DNA from: Mobula birostris
Lineage: Eukaryota
DNA: 64,000 nucleotides
Assembly (NCBI RefSeq): GCF_030028105.1
Contig: NC_092379.1
Coordinates: 18,370,742 to 18,434,741, forward strand
Reading direction: 5' to 3'
This document shows positions 22,181 through 34,269 of the stretch, in pieces. Numbering within the stretch: the stretch's first letter is position 1; each line of letters opens with the position of its first letter. Under the pieces are notes generated by a model. It did not search any database. It saw nothing but the letters and a program-made list of their open reading frames with translations, and had not been told where the DNA came from. A program made the translations under genes and the position numbers.

Positions 22181-23639
22181 GTGTGGAAAACAAATCAGTG
22201 GTGAGGAAATTAAGCTGGCGCTGGTGGCAAATCAAACAAAGGAAATTAGTTAATTACGTTTAATTACGTTTTTTTCTGGTAAATGATCACTGCAAACAAT
22301 AGACTGTAACTTCCCTGTTGGAGTTGGTCTTCTGAACCATATCTACAACCCGGCACTTTTGCAGTGGCAACGGAATTCTCGAAGGTGCAGGGCTGCTGCG
22401 CACAGGCTGAACCAAGGCAGTGGGGTCTGGGTCAGAGAGTGGGGAATGAGCCAATGTTTGGCCGTTCCTGGAGTGAACTTGGAAGCAATTCGATTTGGCA
22501 GAACTGAGGTGAGGCGAACACAGGCAATGTGGAGTCGAGGCGGCAGGGACCATATTGGGGCCTGAGAGTGAGGAAAGACCTGAGGTTTAATCGATTTAAG
22601 TGCCCAGCCGAATTGGGAAAGTTGCATACCGACTGAATTGAGGTGGCAGGGCGTTGGCCTAAGGGGCATTTAAGCACTGGGCCATTTTGAAAAGGATGGG
22701 GTGTCGGAGCTGGAGGCAAGGCACAGGCCGGACCAAATCGCTGCTCTGTGAGGTTTGCTTGTCTCTGCACCAACTGCGGCTGTGTCCTGCAGCTATCACA
22801 GTGTGAACTCACTTCTGTGAACTTCCGTTCTGAATGCTATTTGCTTGCTTTTATTGTTTGCAGTTTTCTTTTTACCATGGAACCAACCCGTTCAAAGAAA
22901 ATCATCAAGCATCCCCCCAACACACACAAAAAATCATGCAAATGGCAACAAAAAATGAACGGAAACACAAAATGAAAAGGCATATTTCAGTACAGTTCAG
23001 CTCTGCATTCATTATCTCCTGGGCTCCCCGATTTAAAAACCGCCCAATAGTAACAAAAGAGAGCAACCATAACCCGAACTAGATACCAGGACACACCATA
23101 AACCTGAATTAGAGTCCAAATCTACGATCTGATCGATTAAACCTTGCTCCGGCACCATCTGCGGACAGCTGAGAGAGAGAGGGACCACTTGAATGCAAGG
23201 ACAGCGAGAGAGAGAGAGTGCCACATGCGGACCCCTCTGGCAGTGGCGAGCGGGAGTCTGGTAGACAGCACTAAACACTCGTCCCTGATTTCAATCTTCC
23301 TTGGCGTTTCAATCGGTGAGAGATGGAGTCGATCATGGGCCCACGCCCTGCCTCTGGATTTCCCGGCCTCCATGGTTGCAGCGTCTCGGAACCCTCTTGT
23401 GAAGCACCAGAGCGGCCCGAAAGCAAATCACCAGGATGTAGGTAACAGGCTCTAACAGTAGCAGAACCATATCTGAAGTGGAAAGCAGATATAAAAGAAA
23501 TGAAAAGAGTTGCTTCGTGACCCGTCTTGAGGATGTCATCTTCGGTAGCGTTGTTTGCTGGCGCCATCTTCTTCCAGTTCCAGTTACCAGAGGTTCGAGA
23601 AATTGTGTTCATGTTGTCAGGTTGGGGGCTCCCCAGACG

Positions 23640-23900
23640 GAATATGAGGTCACAGATGCAGATGCTGGAAATTCAAGCAGCACACTCAAAATGCTGAAGG
23701 AACTCAGCAAGCCAGACGGCATCTATGGAAAAGAGTACAGTCAACGTTTTGGGCCGAGACCCTTTTCCAGGACTGCTGTTGAAGAGTCTCAGCCTGAAAC
23801 ATCAACATCAACTGAAACATCATCCATAGATGCTGCCTGGCCTGCTGAGTTCCTTCAGCATTTTGAGTGCGTTGCCTGGATTATGAGATGTTGCCCCTCC
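23640..23900. mobile_element. Penelope-derived palindromic terminal repeat
   Basis: GCAGATGCTGGAAATTCAAGC...GGGCCGAGACCC and its inverse arm. Confidence 0.6.
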
Positions 23901-24556
23901 AACATGAGAGTGTCCTCATTGTGGCAGAGAGGAATAAATAGTGAAATTGAAATTGAAACTGGGAAATCCTGGCTATTGCAGATGGAGCAAAGGTGCTCAA
24001 CAAAACGGTCCCCCAGTCTACTTCAGGTCTCACCAATGTAGAAGGGGCTGCACCAGGAGCACTGGATACAGTAGATGATCAAGTTCAGGCTTACTGTCAT
24101 TCAACTGTATACATGTACACTACCAAACAAAACAATGTTCCTCTGGACCAAAGTGCACAACACAGTACACATAGTTCACACCCAACACATACCACAGTTA
24201 AATTTACAAATAATGAAATATATCCCGACAGACATGCAGATGAAGTGTTATGTCACCTGGAAGGACTGATTGGTTTGCAGAGGTAAGCGTTGCGAGGAAT
24301 TTTATAAGCGAATCACGGAGAGATCAATCCCTGGAGAAAGCAGAGAGTGGATACCCTGCCCTTTCCCTGTCTGCCACTTTCAGTGTGACATATTCATCTG
24401 AACAGCTTCTGCAGTTTTAGGACCTCCTGGCACAGTGGACTCCTGTGTACTGTTTCACCCGGATCCTCCAGCAACCCCTCTCTCTCGCGTTGTTACACTG
24501 ACACCCAGTGGCTTTTGGTGAGTATTACAGCAGCCGTCATGACTGAAACCTCAATA

Positions 24557-25357
24557 AATGGCTTCTGGTTAAATGGACAAATAGTTAACTAGGACATTCA
24601 CTTACTTGGACAATTCTTAAAGAACAAAAAACTCATAGAGAAAATAGCTGGGATTCCCTTCATTTATTTGGGACATTATGCCGATTAATTGGGACAGGAG
24701 ACTGTTGCCAAATAGTTTCTAACTAGCATCAGTGATGGGCACTTGTGTGACCATTAGACACTACACTATGCTCAAAGTAAACATTTTTAAAATAGCATCA
24801 GTTGCGTGTGTTTGTGTTCAAAAAGCAGTGATTTTTGTCACTGATAGTCGGTGAGAAATAAGCAGTAAGACAATTCAGAACTGTTTTCCTCCCTGTGGTT
24901 TCAAGCATTCAGGCTTAGAGATATCAGAAACAGCCGGGAGTGAAAATCGAACAATTTCACTTCTTTGACAAGTTAGAAACTGTGAAGAATTTGAAGGCAC
25001 CAATAATCATCTTGAAAAGGAAGATTTGGAGGATGTGATCGTTGAAAGCATTGTTTGAAGGTAGCAGTTCTTTATCTGCTCCAGGTGTCTGTGCTGATTT
25101 TGTTCATTTACAGTCAATCAAAAGAACACAGCAGTCTGCACTGAAAGAATTTGTCGATACACAGTTTTATAGCAGTGTTGATAATGTTCTAATTTGTTCA
25201 GTGTTTAATTTTCATACATAAGTTCTTAATCATTTAAATGGTAGTTTTATTTATAACTTTTTAACCATTTCCATGAAACTTCAACTAACTGAGGCAGTTG
25301 CTTAACTGGGCCAAAACATTCTGGTCCTGATGCATCTCAATTAACTGGAATGCACTG
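24557..25357. mobile_element. Tc1/pogo (Tigger-like) non-autonomous DNA transposon
   Basis: Degenerate TIRs (TGG.TTCTGGTTAA.TGG / CAATTAACTGGAATGCACTG) flanked by TA, with an internal acidic transposase-tail remnant. Confidence 0.6.
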
Positions 25358-26539
25358 TATTTAGCGGTACTCCTCTGACACCCAGTGGCTGCAGGTTATT
25401 AGTACAAGGAGCCAAATACTTTCCATCAAATCGACCTCAGCTCACATTGGTACCTGAGTTACAACAGGCAGAATTCAATCATTGCCAAAGCAGATAAAAA
25501 CTGCATCTGTTACAAATAAATGTTTGGAAAATGGCGGGAAACCAGGTCACACTGGGAAGTCAGGAGCAATCACAGGGACAATGTGCAAACTCCACACAGA
25601 CACCACATTCTTGTTTTGAGGACCAAGCAGAAAGGACAGTCTTCAACACCATTTCCACGTGGCAGTATTGGCAAACTGCCTGAAAGATTCTGGGGTCTAT
25701 TTTAGTCTATACATCCCATGAAGGTGCCTCCGAAAGGCGGGGTCCATTATCAAGGACCTCCAGCACCCAGGACATGCCATCTTCTCATTGTTACCATCAG
25801 GAAGGAGATACAGAAGCCTGAAGGCACACACTCAGTGACTCGGGGACAGCTTCTTCCCCTCTGCCATCCGATTCCTGTATGGAAATTGAACCCATGAGTA
25901 CTACCTCACGACTTTTTTAATTTCCTTTTTTTTGGCACTATTTATTTAATTATATTTTATCTCCATTATATTGTTAATATCACCTACATAAGTAATGAAA
26001 TTTGTTAAGTTTGCAGAAGCAGTACAATAGTGCGAGAGAGCAAAACTAAATTAAGAAACACTAGTGGATTTACTTAGTTTTTGTCTCTATTACCATTGTA
26101 CTGCCGCTACAAACTTAATAAACTTCATGACTTAATGCTGGTGCTAGTAAACTGCGTATGTAATAAAATTCCATGTAATACAGCGACAAGCAGCGTCTGT
26201 AGATAGAGTAACAGACTGACAGCTCAAGATAAAGCTTTAAACAGAGCTGAGGAAGTTAGAGATGTATTGAACACATACAGTAGCAGGAAAGCTTTCCACC
26301 TCACTGCTTATATTGACTCTCTACAATGACCAGGAGCCCGTGTCAAAAAATTCACAGTCACTATTGCACCTTATCCTTTAATAAAATGTTTTGCGGAAAT
26401 AAATAATTCTCATGAATAAAAGCACTGATTGCATGTTATGCAACTGTGACAAAGTTTGTGCAAGTATATCTGACTGAGCAATTGCATTTTAAGTGCTTGC
26501 TCATGCCAGTCTCTGCTGCCTTCTCTTCAGAGTGTGGAG

Positions 26540-26650
26540 AAACCGGAGCACCCGTACGTGGCTGTGGGGCGAATGTACAAACTCCTTACCGATGTGGGAA
26601 TTGAACCCTGATCGTACCGCTGTGTTAGCTGCCATGCGACTGTGCCGCCA
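26540..26650 (-). mobile_element. V-SINE (HE1-like) head fragment
   Basis: The minus strand has a tRNA-like head (GGTTCAATTCCC B-box) followed by GGAGTTTGTACATTC...GGGTGCTCCGGTTTC, the V-domain motif. Confidence 0.65.
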
Positions 26651-27209
26651 AACCAAGCACAACAGCAGGGGAAAGAAAACATTTCACTCTGATCTCCAAA
26701 AACTTGCACACACATGAATTCATAAATCCATAAACTCATGCTCCATGTTTCTAAATAAAATTTGCTTGGCAGAAATAAATGATTCTTCTGACCAGAGACA
26801 CTGATTACAATCTATGTGACTGTGATGACGTTTATTGATGAAACCTCGAAAAATCAATGAATTTGGGTATGTTTTTTCATACCAGTCTCTTTTAATGTCT
26901 CTCCACAATCCTTCAGCTGATCGGGACAGTCACCTCCTTTTGATTGTCACAATTGCTTTTCTTCTCCGTCCCTGAAGAGATGTAGTCTTAGAACGATACA
27001 GCAATGGAAAAGGTCCCTTCATTCCAGAGTCCACGCCAACCATCAACCACCCATCGACATTAATCCCATTATTTTAAATCTCACATTCTCTACAGTTTAC
27101 ATCCCAGATCCTCAAACCCCTCCCCCCACTTTGCTACATTGGAACACTTCACTTGTACACTAAGGGTAACTTATACCAGGTCAATTAACCGAACAACAAT
27201 CGTGTTGAA

Positions 27210-27490
27210 AGGGACACAATGGTAGTGTAGTGGTTAGCATAATGCAATTACAGGTCGGGGCATTGGAGTTCAGAGTTCACTTCCATTGACATCTGTAAGG
27301 GGTCTGTACTTCCTCCCCATGGAATACAGGGGTCTCCTCTGTGTGCTCCGGTTTCTTTCCACAGTCCAAAGACGAACTGCTAGGTAAATTGTCCCATGAT
27401 TAGTCTAGGATTAAATTGGGAGTTACTGGGCAACATGGTTCGAAGGACCAAGAAGGCCTGTTCTGCACTGTATCTCAATAAATAAATAAA
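27210..27490 (+). mobile_element. V-SINE (HE1-like) with CR1-like tail
   Basis: A-box TAGTGTAGTGGTTAGC, V-domain GTGCTCCGGTTTC, tail GGCCTGTTCTGCACTGTATCTCAATAATAAATAA. Confidence 0.7.
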
Positions 27491-27833
27491 TGTTTGGGAA
27501 ATGGCAGGGAGTCAGGAGTAATCACAGGGACAATGTACAAACTCCACACAGACAGTACCTTCTTGTTTTGAGGACCAAGCACAAAACCCATCAGAAAGGA
27601 CAGACTTCAACTCCATTTCCACATGACAGTATTGCCAAACTTCCTTGGAAAGGCTTGGATCTATTCTTTTAGTCTATACCTGCCATGACAGTGCCTCAGA
27701 TAGGTGGCGTCCATCATTAAGGACCTCCACCACCCAGGACATGCCTTCTTCTCGTTGCTACCATCAGGGAGGAGGTGCAGGAGCCTGATGACACACACAC
27801 CCAATGATTCTGCCCCTCTGCCACCTGATTTCT

Positions 27834-30800
27834 TTTTTTAATGTAATTTATTTTTATTGAATTTCATCATCAAAACAAACATTTCCATAAGGTGTATTTC
27901 AGATACTGTACATAGATATCATATAATCATATTTGTCACAAATCTCCACATAATATTTATCTGAAGTATACACTTATAGAAAGGAGAGGAGAGAAAGAAC
28001 AATCGAAAGAAGAAAACTATGTACAGAGTAGGGAGTGATCCTTTTTTACAACATATTCATTGACTTGTGAGAATAAAATCAGGCCTACGAGGTGTTATGT
28101 AGTTAAACCATTTTTTCCAGTATGAATAAAATTGTTCCAACTTATGTTGTTATCTTCTCCATTTTGTAAATGTCCATTGTAATTTCCATCCATACATTTA
28201 AAGTTGGGCTCTCATTTCCTGGTAACCACGAGGAATTCTGCAGATGCTGGAAATTCAAGCAACATACATCAAAGTTGCTGGTGAATGCAGCAGGCCAGGC
28301 AGCATCTCTAGGAAGAGGTACAGTTGATGTTTTGGGCCGGGACCCTAACTCTTCCTTCAGTTAGTCCTGACGAAGGGTCTTGGCCTGGAATGTCGACTGT
28401 ACCTCTTCCTAGAGATGCTGCCTGGCCTGCTGTGATTTCCTGGTAAGGGTCTTTTTACCAGCTACCAGCAGTACATTCATTAAATATTTATCTCTTTTTA
28501 ACCATTCTTGAGGTATATACCCAAAATATATGGTCTTACTCTCTAAGGGTATTTCACATTTAAAGATGTCTTGTAGGGCATTATGTATTCCACTCCAATA
28601 GTCTGTGATAATGGGGCATTCCCAGAAAATATGATAATGGTTTGCATTTTGATTTCCACAATTTCTCCAGCAAACAGGGAGGTTACTGTCATAATGGGAT
28701 TTCTGAGAGGGTGTAATAAAATATCTTATTAAGTTTTTCTACCTGAACTCCCTCCATTTCTGTGAACTGCTACACTTCCATTGATACCTCCATATTATTG
28801 TCCAGTCTTCCTCGGATATTATTATCCCTCCTTCCCTCTCCCATTTTGTTTTAATGTATGAAGTCGAATGTGTTTTAAAATTTGACAAACTCTTATACAC
28901 TCTTGAAATTATTCTACTACCGTTGTTTGAATTATATGCTTTTCTAAGTAGCTCTATCAGACATGTGCTTGCCTTGGTTACATTTTTAACTGTCCTATTA
29001 ACATACTGTCGCATCTGTAAATACCGGTGAAAGTCTTGTTTTTCTAACAAGTGTTTCTCTTTGAGCATTTCAAAACTGAACAGTGTTCCTTCTTTCATTA
29101 TATTGCAAATAGCTGTTATTCCTGTAGCTGTCCAGTCCTTAAATCTAGCTTCCAGTTTATTCAGCGTAAAATCCGAGTCTTATGCACACCATTTAAGAAT
29201 TGCAATGTCTCTCTCTAGTTTACATTCTTTTATAATAGTTTTCCATCTGTTAAGAGTCCATTTCACCCGCGGGTTGTCATTATTATTTATGTAACTTTGT
29301 AGGTTGTTATCAGCCAAAATTGCCTGTGTGGGGATGGAAAGTATCAATGTTTTCCCATTAAGTGTCATATGATGGCTCGCACCAGCATATCACAGCTCTC
29401 AACTGTGCCGCAAAATAATAATCTCTAAGAGAAGGTAGGCCCCATCCCCCCTTTTCCTTGGCTAATTGCAAAGTTTTGAGATGAACCCTAGGCCTTTTAC
29501 CTTGTCATATATATCTTGATAGTATCTTGTTCCATTCATTGAATTGATTTTGGTTAATCTGTATTGGTAGAGTCTGAACGAGATATAGTAGTCTGGGCAG
29601 TATATTCATTTTAATAGATTTAGCCCTTGAACTGAGACCAAGAAAAGGAATTAGGTTCCATCTTGTTATATCTTCCTTAATTTTTTATATATGGGCTGAT
29701 AATTGCATTCTGATAATTTTGCCACGTGTTTTGGCATAATGATGCCCAAATATTTGACGGATTCTGTTTGCCATGCCCAAGGATATCTACTTTCCATTTC
29801 TCTTGGTGGGCTATAGTTATATGAAAGTAGTTGGGTTTCATTATATTGAAATTCAAAAGCTTCCTGAATTTCACTTAGCTTAGTTTTTATCACTTTTGTT
29901 CTTGGATCCCTAATTCTATGAATTGTATTTTCTGCTATCTTTTTTTCTCAGTTTCCGCATCAGTAGATTTAGATCCACTTTCATAGTGTCTGTTTCAGAA
30001 ACATTAAATTTTTTCTAATTTCTTGTGTAACCAAATTATTAATTTCATTCCTAATTTTTAAAATTTCCTCTGGTGTATCCTGTGCCAAACTCAATTTGTG
30101 TTTTTCTTCTAGTTCCTTCAGTTTATTTTGTAATTCCTCTAATGTTTTATTCCTTATTTTTTTCTTATATGAAGATATCGCTATAATTTTCCCTCTTAAG
30201 ACAGCCTTCAGAGTATCCCATAGAATGGGAGATGAAACCTCTCCATTATCATTGAATTCTCGGTAAAGACCAATTTCTTTTTTAGTTTGTTCCTTAAAAT
30301 AGGGATCATTGAGTAGACTTGAATTTAGTTTCCAAATAGTATTCTTCGGTTGTAGGTCAAAATCAACAGATAAATATATAGGTGCATGGCCCAATTCCAC
30401 AGGTGATTATTTTGTTTCTATGTTTTCCAAATGTTATGAAATAGTCTATTCTTATATATACGGAATGGGGGGCAGAATAATGAGTGTAATCCCTTCTATT
30501 GGGGAAAAGCTCCCTCCATATATCAATTAGACCAACATTCTCAAAAAAAGTGTTAACTTTCTTATGTAAGGACTTTGTTTCATATGTTTTTCTATTGGAA
30601 GAGTCTAACTTTGGTTGTAATTGTAAATTTAAGTCTCCCCCACATATCAAGAGACCTTCTGTTTCCGTTACCATAATATTAGTAATTTTCTGGAAGAAAC
30701 TACTATCACTTCCTGGGGGTGCGTATATATTCAATAAAGTAACTGGATTTCCATCTATATTCCCCCTTACCAGAATATATCTGCCCTCCTTATCTCCCAT

Positions 30801-32565
30801 TTGGAATACTTTTTCAAAATTTAGCTTGCTTGAGATGAGGATAGCAACTCCTCTTCTATGTCCTGATTTATATGAGGAGAAAAACAAATTTATCACAAGT
30901 GAGTTTCCTGTAAATATATTACATGGGCTTGTTCTTTTTTCATTTTTGATAGAATTTTACTGCGCTTGACTGGATTCAACAGCCCATTGACATTAAAAGA
31001 AATGAATTTTACTTTGTCCTTAGCCATGTGTATGTATCTGTTAGTATATCATTGAGATTTGCAGAATATAACTTAATCGATCTACTCCCTGACCAAATAA
31101 GAGCCAGGAAATGTGAATATTAAAAAGAAAGGTAACGAAGGTGTGATTCCAAGGCTGGGGTCTCTAGATGACCCTGGGTTGACCTGGAAGAAACGTCTAG
31201 CCGTGGGCAATAGCCCATCCTACCTGTGAGTTGAGGGTCCCTGCTGCAGTATCTATAAAAGTGAGTAAAAACATCTATGTGATTTCCCTATGTATTCCTC
31301 CCATGTATATATTCTCATTTAGGTGGGGAAAAAAGAATGAATGAATGAGTTAAAAAAAATTGAGTAATATAAAATCCACATTATAATACGTATTTCTCGA
31401 GATAGGTATATCACTGTCTATTTTTGCTTCCATTTAGTTTATCAGCACTTTTAAAGTTAGCCAAACCTTTTGGCTCTTCTGGAGGAGGTGAGGGCTGCCC
31501 TTGGAGAACTCACAGTCTCTTCCTAATATCCTTCTCTCGTCCTGTTCCCGTCCCCTGTTCTCTTACTATTTCCCAAGCAAATCGGGATAACTGCTCAGCT
31601 GGTTTGACCATGCTAATGGGCATTCCTCTGTTGTTCATGTCTGTAGTCGCCTCTTCCACTGTCTGATATAGTCGTATCCCTTCTTGGTAAAATACCCTCA
31701 GTTTAACAGGGTACGGGGTTTGGAATTTAATCTTTACTTGCTTTAATATTCGTTTTGCTTTAGAACATTACTTCCGTTTCTGTAGGACCGCCGGGGGGTA
31801 ATCATGATCAAAGTACATTAACTTCCTGTTCTAAAAAACCCTCTTCTTACCCCAGGCCCTTTGTAGAATCTCCGCCTTGCTCGTGAATCGAAGGAATTTA
31901 AGTACTATTGAGTGCGGCTTGCTTTCCCTGTCTCCGGGAGGCCTTGAAACAAGCGAACGATGTGCCCTCTCAGTTACAATCTCCATAGTCGGGGGAACCT
32001 CCAGCACTTCCCGCAGAAGCTTTTCTCCAAAGTCTATCATCGACAATCCCTCCGCTCCTTTGGGAACATTATAAAGCCCGATATTTTTCCGTCGTGATCT
32101 TCCCTCCTGGTCAAGCAATTTACTTTCCTGTTGATTTAATATTTTTATCGTCTTACTTAGTACCTGTTCCACGTTTTGCACACAATCTTTCACCTTCTCA
32201 ATTCGAGCCTCTGCCACCGCTATTTTCTGATTGACATTGGCGAGCTCTGACTTTATATCATTGAGTTGCTGCTTTTTGGACTTCCCTTATCTCTTCCAGA
32301 ATCCTCATCATATTTTCTGCTTCGCCTGCACGAGGCCCTGTGTCAGCCTCGCCGCCACGCGCACGTGCAGGAGAGCCACGTGTTGTACCTCTCTCTCCCA
32401 TAGACTCCGCAGTGATGCTTTTTGTATCTCCATTCTTGCCCTCCTTATCAATTCAGATGTTGTCGAAAGATCTTATATTTGATGGATTAATGGGGCAAAA
32501 TATGCGTTTTTCCAGAGGAACTGTTGATTTGAGCTGCCGTTCTGAACGATGACGTCACCAGAACC
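27834..32565 (-). mobile_element. L1/Tx1-clade LINE with both ends but internal deletions (RT core missing)
   Basis: 16-bp TSD CTGCCACCTGATTTCT (27818-27833 and 32566-32581). ORF1 fragment (RRKNIGLYNVP...ERAHR...FLRF), endonuclease (GVAILIS...ICGGDLN...RIDYF), and an A-rich tail at the 27834 end. Confidence 0.9.
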
Positions 32566-32850
32566 CTGCCACCTGATTTCTGAATGGACATTGAACCCAT
32601 GAACACGATCTCGCTACTTTTTAACTTCCTTTTTTTTTGCACTAATTTAATATAATTATTAAATATGTGGATACTGTCATTCACAGTTTTCTTTTTCTCT
32701 CTGTTATTATATATTGCGTTGTACTGCTAGCACAAAGTTAGCAAATTTCATAACGTATGCCAGTGATATTAAACCTAATTCTGACTTTGAACTGCAGTGT
32801 CTCCATGCTGTGCTCAGGGACAGTTAGAGATAGACAAGGATATCGCTTGT

Positions 32851-33011
32851 CTTGGTGACGATGACAAAGTCTGGTGTAGAGGAAACTATTAAAAGTCACT
32901 GGAATCCCTGTAATGACCCATGGCCACTGGCTCTCCATGTAATTCCTCTGAATTCAGGAGCTTCCTGCTGCAGTGGAGCTGATTCCCAGGACGACAGGGT
33001 AATTCCTCAAC
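32851..33011 (-). pseudogene. Decayed Ig heavy-chain-type TM exon (paralogue of 60886-61028)
   Basis: Acceptor gttgcag| in phase 1, and the same frame ends ...FVIVTK in phase 0. It shares AGTTTCCTCTACA exactly and about 30 of 40 nt with the 3' end of the intact exon. It has two stops, compensating indels, and a donor mutated to ACAAGC. Confidence 0.6.
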
Positions 33012-33127
33012 CTGCAACCCACAGAAACACTGTCACTCCAGCCTCGGGCAGTGAGCTACTCTACACAGACTATGTTTCTGTATATGCTGTTCAGAGGCCG
33101 CACTCCAAATCAGCATCACTGAAATAC

Positions 33128-34269
33128 CTGAATTGTCGTACAGCAGCCATTGTTACATATCTCATGGATATCTTGTGACCGTCTTATGAGGATGATGTAA
33201 TGGTCCTGCAGAGGTCACATGATGTAATTTTCCCGCCGATGGGAGGTCGTGTGATGACCTGTTCTCACCAGGTATATAAGTGTAGATCCCTGGTGACGCA
33301 GTTAGGTTTTCCAGTTAGAACGTTAGCCAGATACTCCACTCCGCTGAGTATTTGCATTATGACGCAGTTTTGATTTAAAACGGAGTTTTACGTTGTATTG
33401 TAAGGTACAAAAGTGCTGGACCGGCAGTTGAACCAATTGCTGCCGGGTTTGTTGATGTATCTTTTCAGTAATATTGGAGAGTGAAGATGGGAGCCTGAAG
33501 GAGTCGTTCGTCAGTTTTGGAGAGAATCGAACATTATTGAATTCATTCAAATAAGATTGATCTGCATGAGATAGCCTCTCCTAAAAGCAGCAGACAAGGC
33601 TGTGCAGGATCTAGTATCCAGAGGGAAAGGTCAGTGCCTTTAAATCATTTTATTTCCGTCGTCGTGAATCCTGCGGACAAGGCAGGATCTGGCTGGGATT
33701 GGCAGTGACATCGTGTCTTTGAGGAATTCTTTACTTCAGGAAAGTCTCTACCAATTGACTGTATAAATCTCTTGGACTTTCAAATTTACCATTCTAAGAA
33801 CTGTGTTTGAATTTACCACTTTAAGAACTGTTTTCGCGTTTACCGCTTTAAGAACTAGTACTGAGTGGCGGTTTGTTAAATGGCCGCATAGCAGTTTACT
33901 TCCGGTTAAGATTTTCATTTGTTTATTTTTTTTATATTGATTGGAGTTTAATAAATGTTTGATTGCTTGTATAAAACCTGACTCAATTCTATATTCATTG
34001 TTGCCGGTCACATGACACCATTCCTCTCTCCACTTGCCCTGCTACACAGTTGCAACACTGAACAGTGAAGGTTTATGATGAGACTTTGGAAAACGTGACC
34101 TCAGGAGCCTCCTTGGAGAACTCGGAATCAGTGTTTGAGGATCTGGGGCTCCAGCATGTCTCGAAGCTCATCTTCTACCAGATGGTGAAGATCTGCCCCT
34201 GCTGTACATCCCTGAGACACCAAATACACACAGTGGCATCTTATTGGAGAGGTACCACCAATGCTGTCC
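33128..34269 (-). pseudogene. Putative Ig-domain-like pseudo-exon split by a solo LTR
   Basis: With the LTR removed, 271 nt lie between ttttcag| (34269) and |gtattt (33128). The phase-1 frame reads DATVCIWCLRDVQQGQIFTIW*K...TFTVQC, a C-x12-W...C spacing. Similarity is weak. Confidence 0.3.
33151..34017 (+). mobile_element. Solo LTR
   Basis: TGTTACA...CATGACA termini, 4-bp TSD CCAT, TATA-like GTATATAA at ~33272. Homologous to 44885-45722 in the opposite orientation. Confidence 0.85.

Larger units (their letters stand above)
25510..27833 (+). repeat. Diverged local duplication (25510-25870 vs 27484-27833)
   Basis: Both copies share AATAAATGTTTGG.AAATGGC, CACAGGGACAATGT.CAAACTCCACACAGACA, CTTGTTTTGAGGACCAAGCA and the following L2-type tail. 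Confidence 0.8.

Noticed and set aside
24421-24517. Plus-strand AG...GTGAGT-bounded 97-nt segment with one open frame
   Set aside because: No recognisable homology and no partner exons. It could be a lncRNA exon but cannot be supported from sequence alone.
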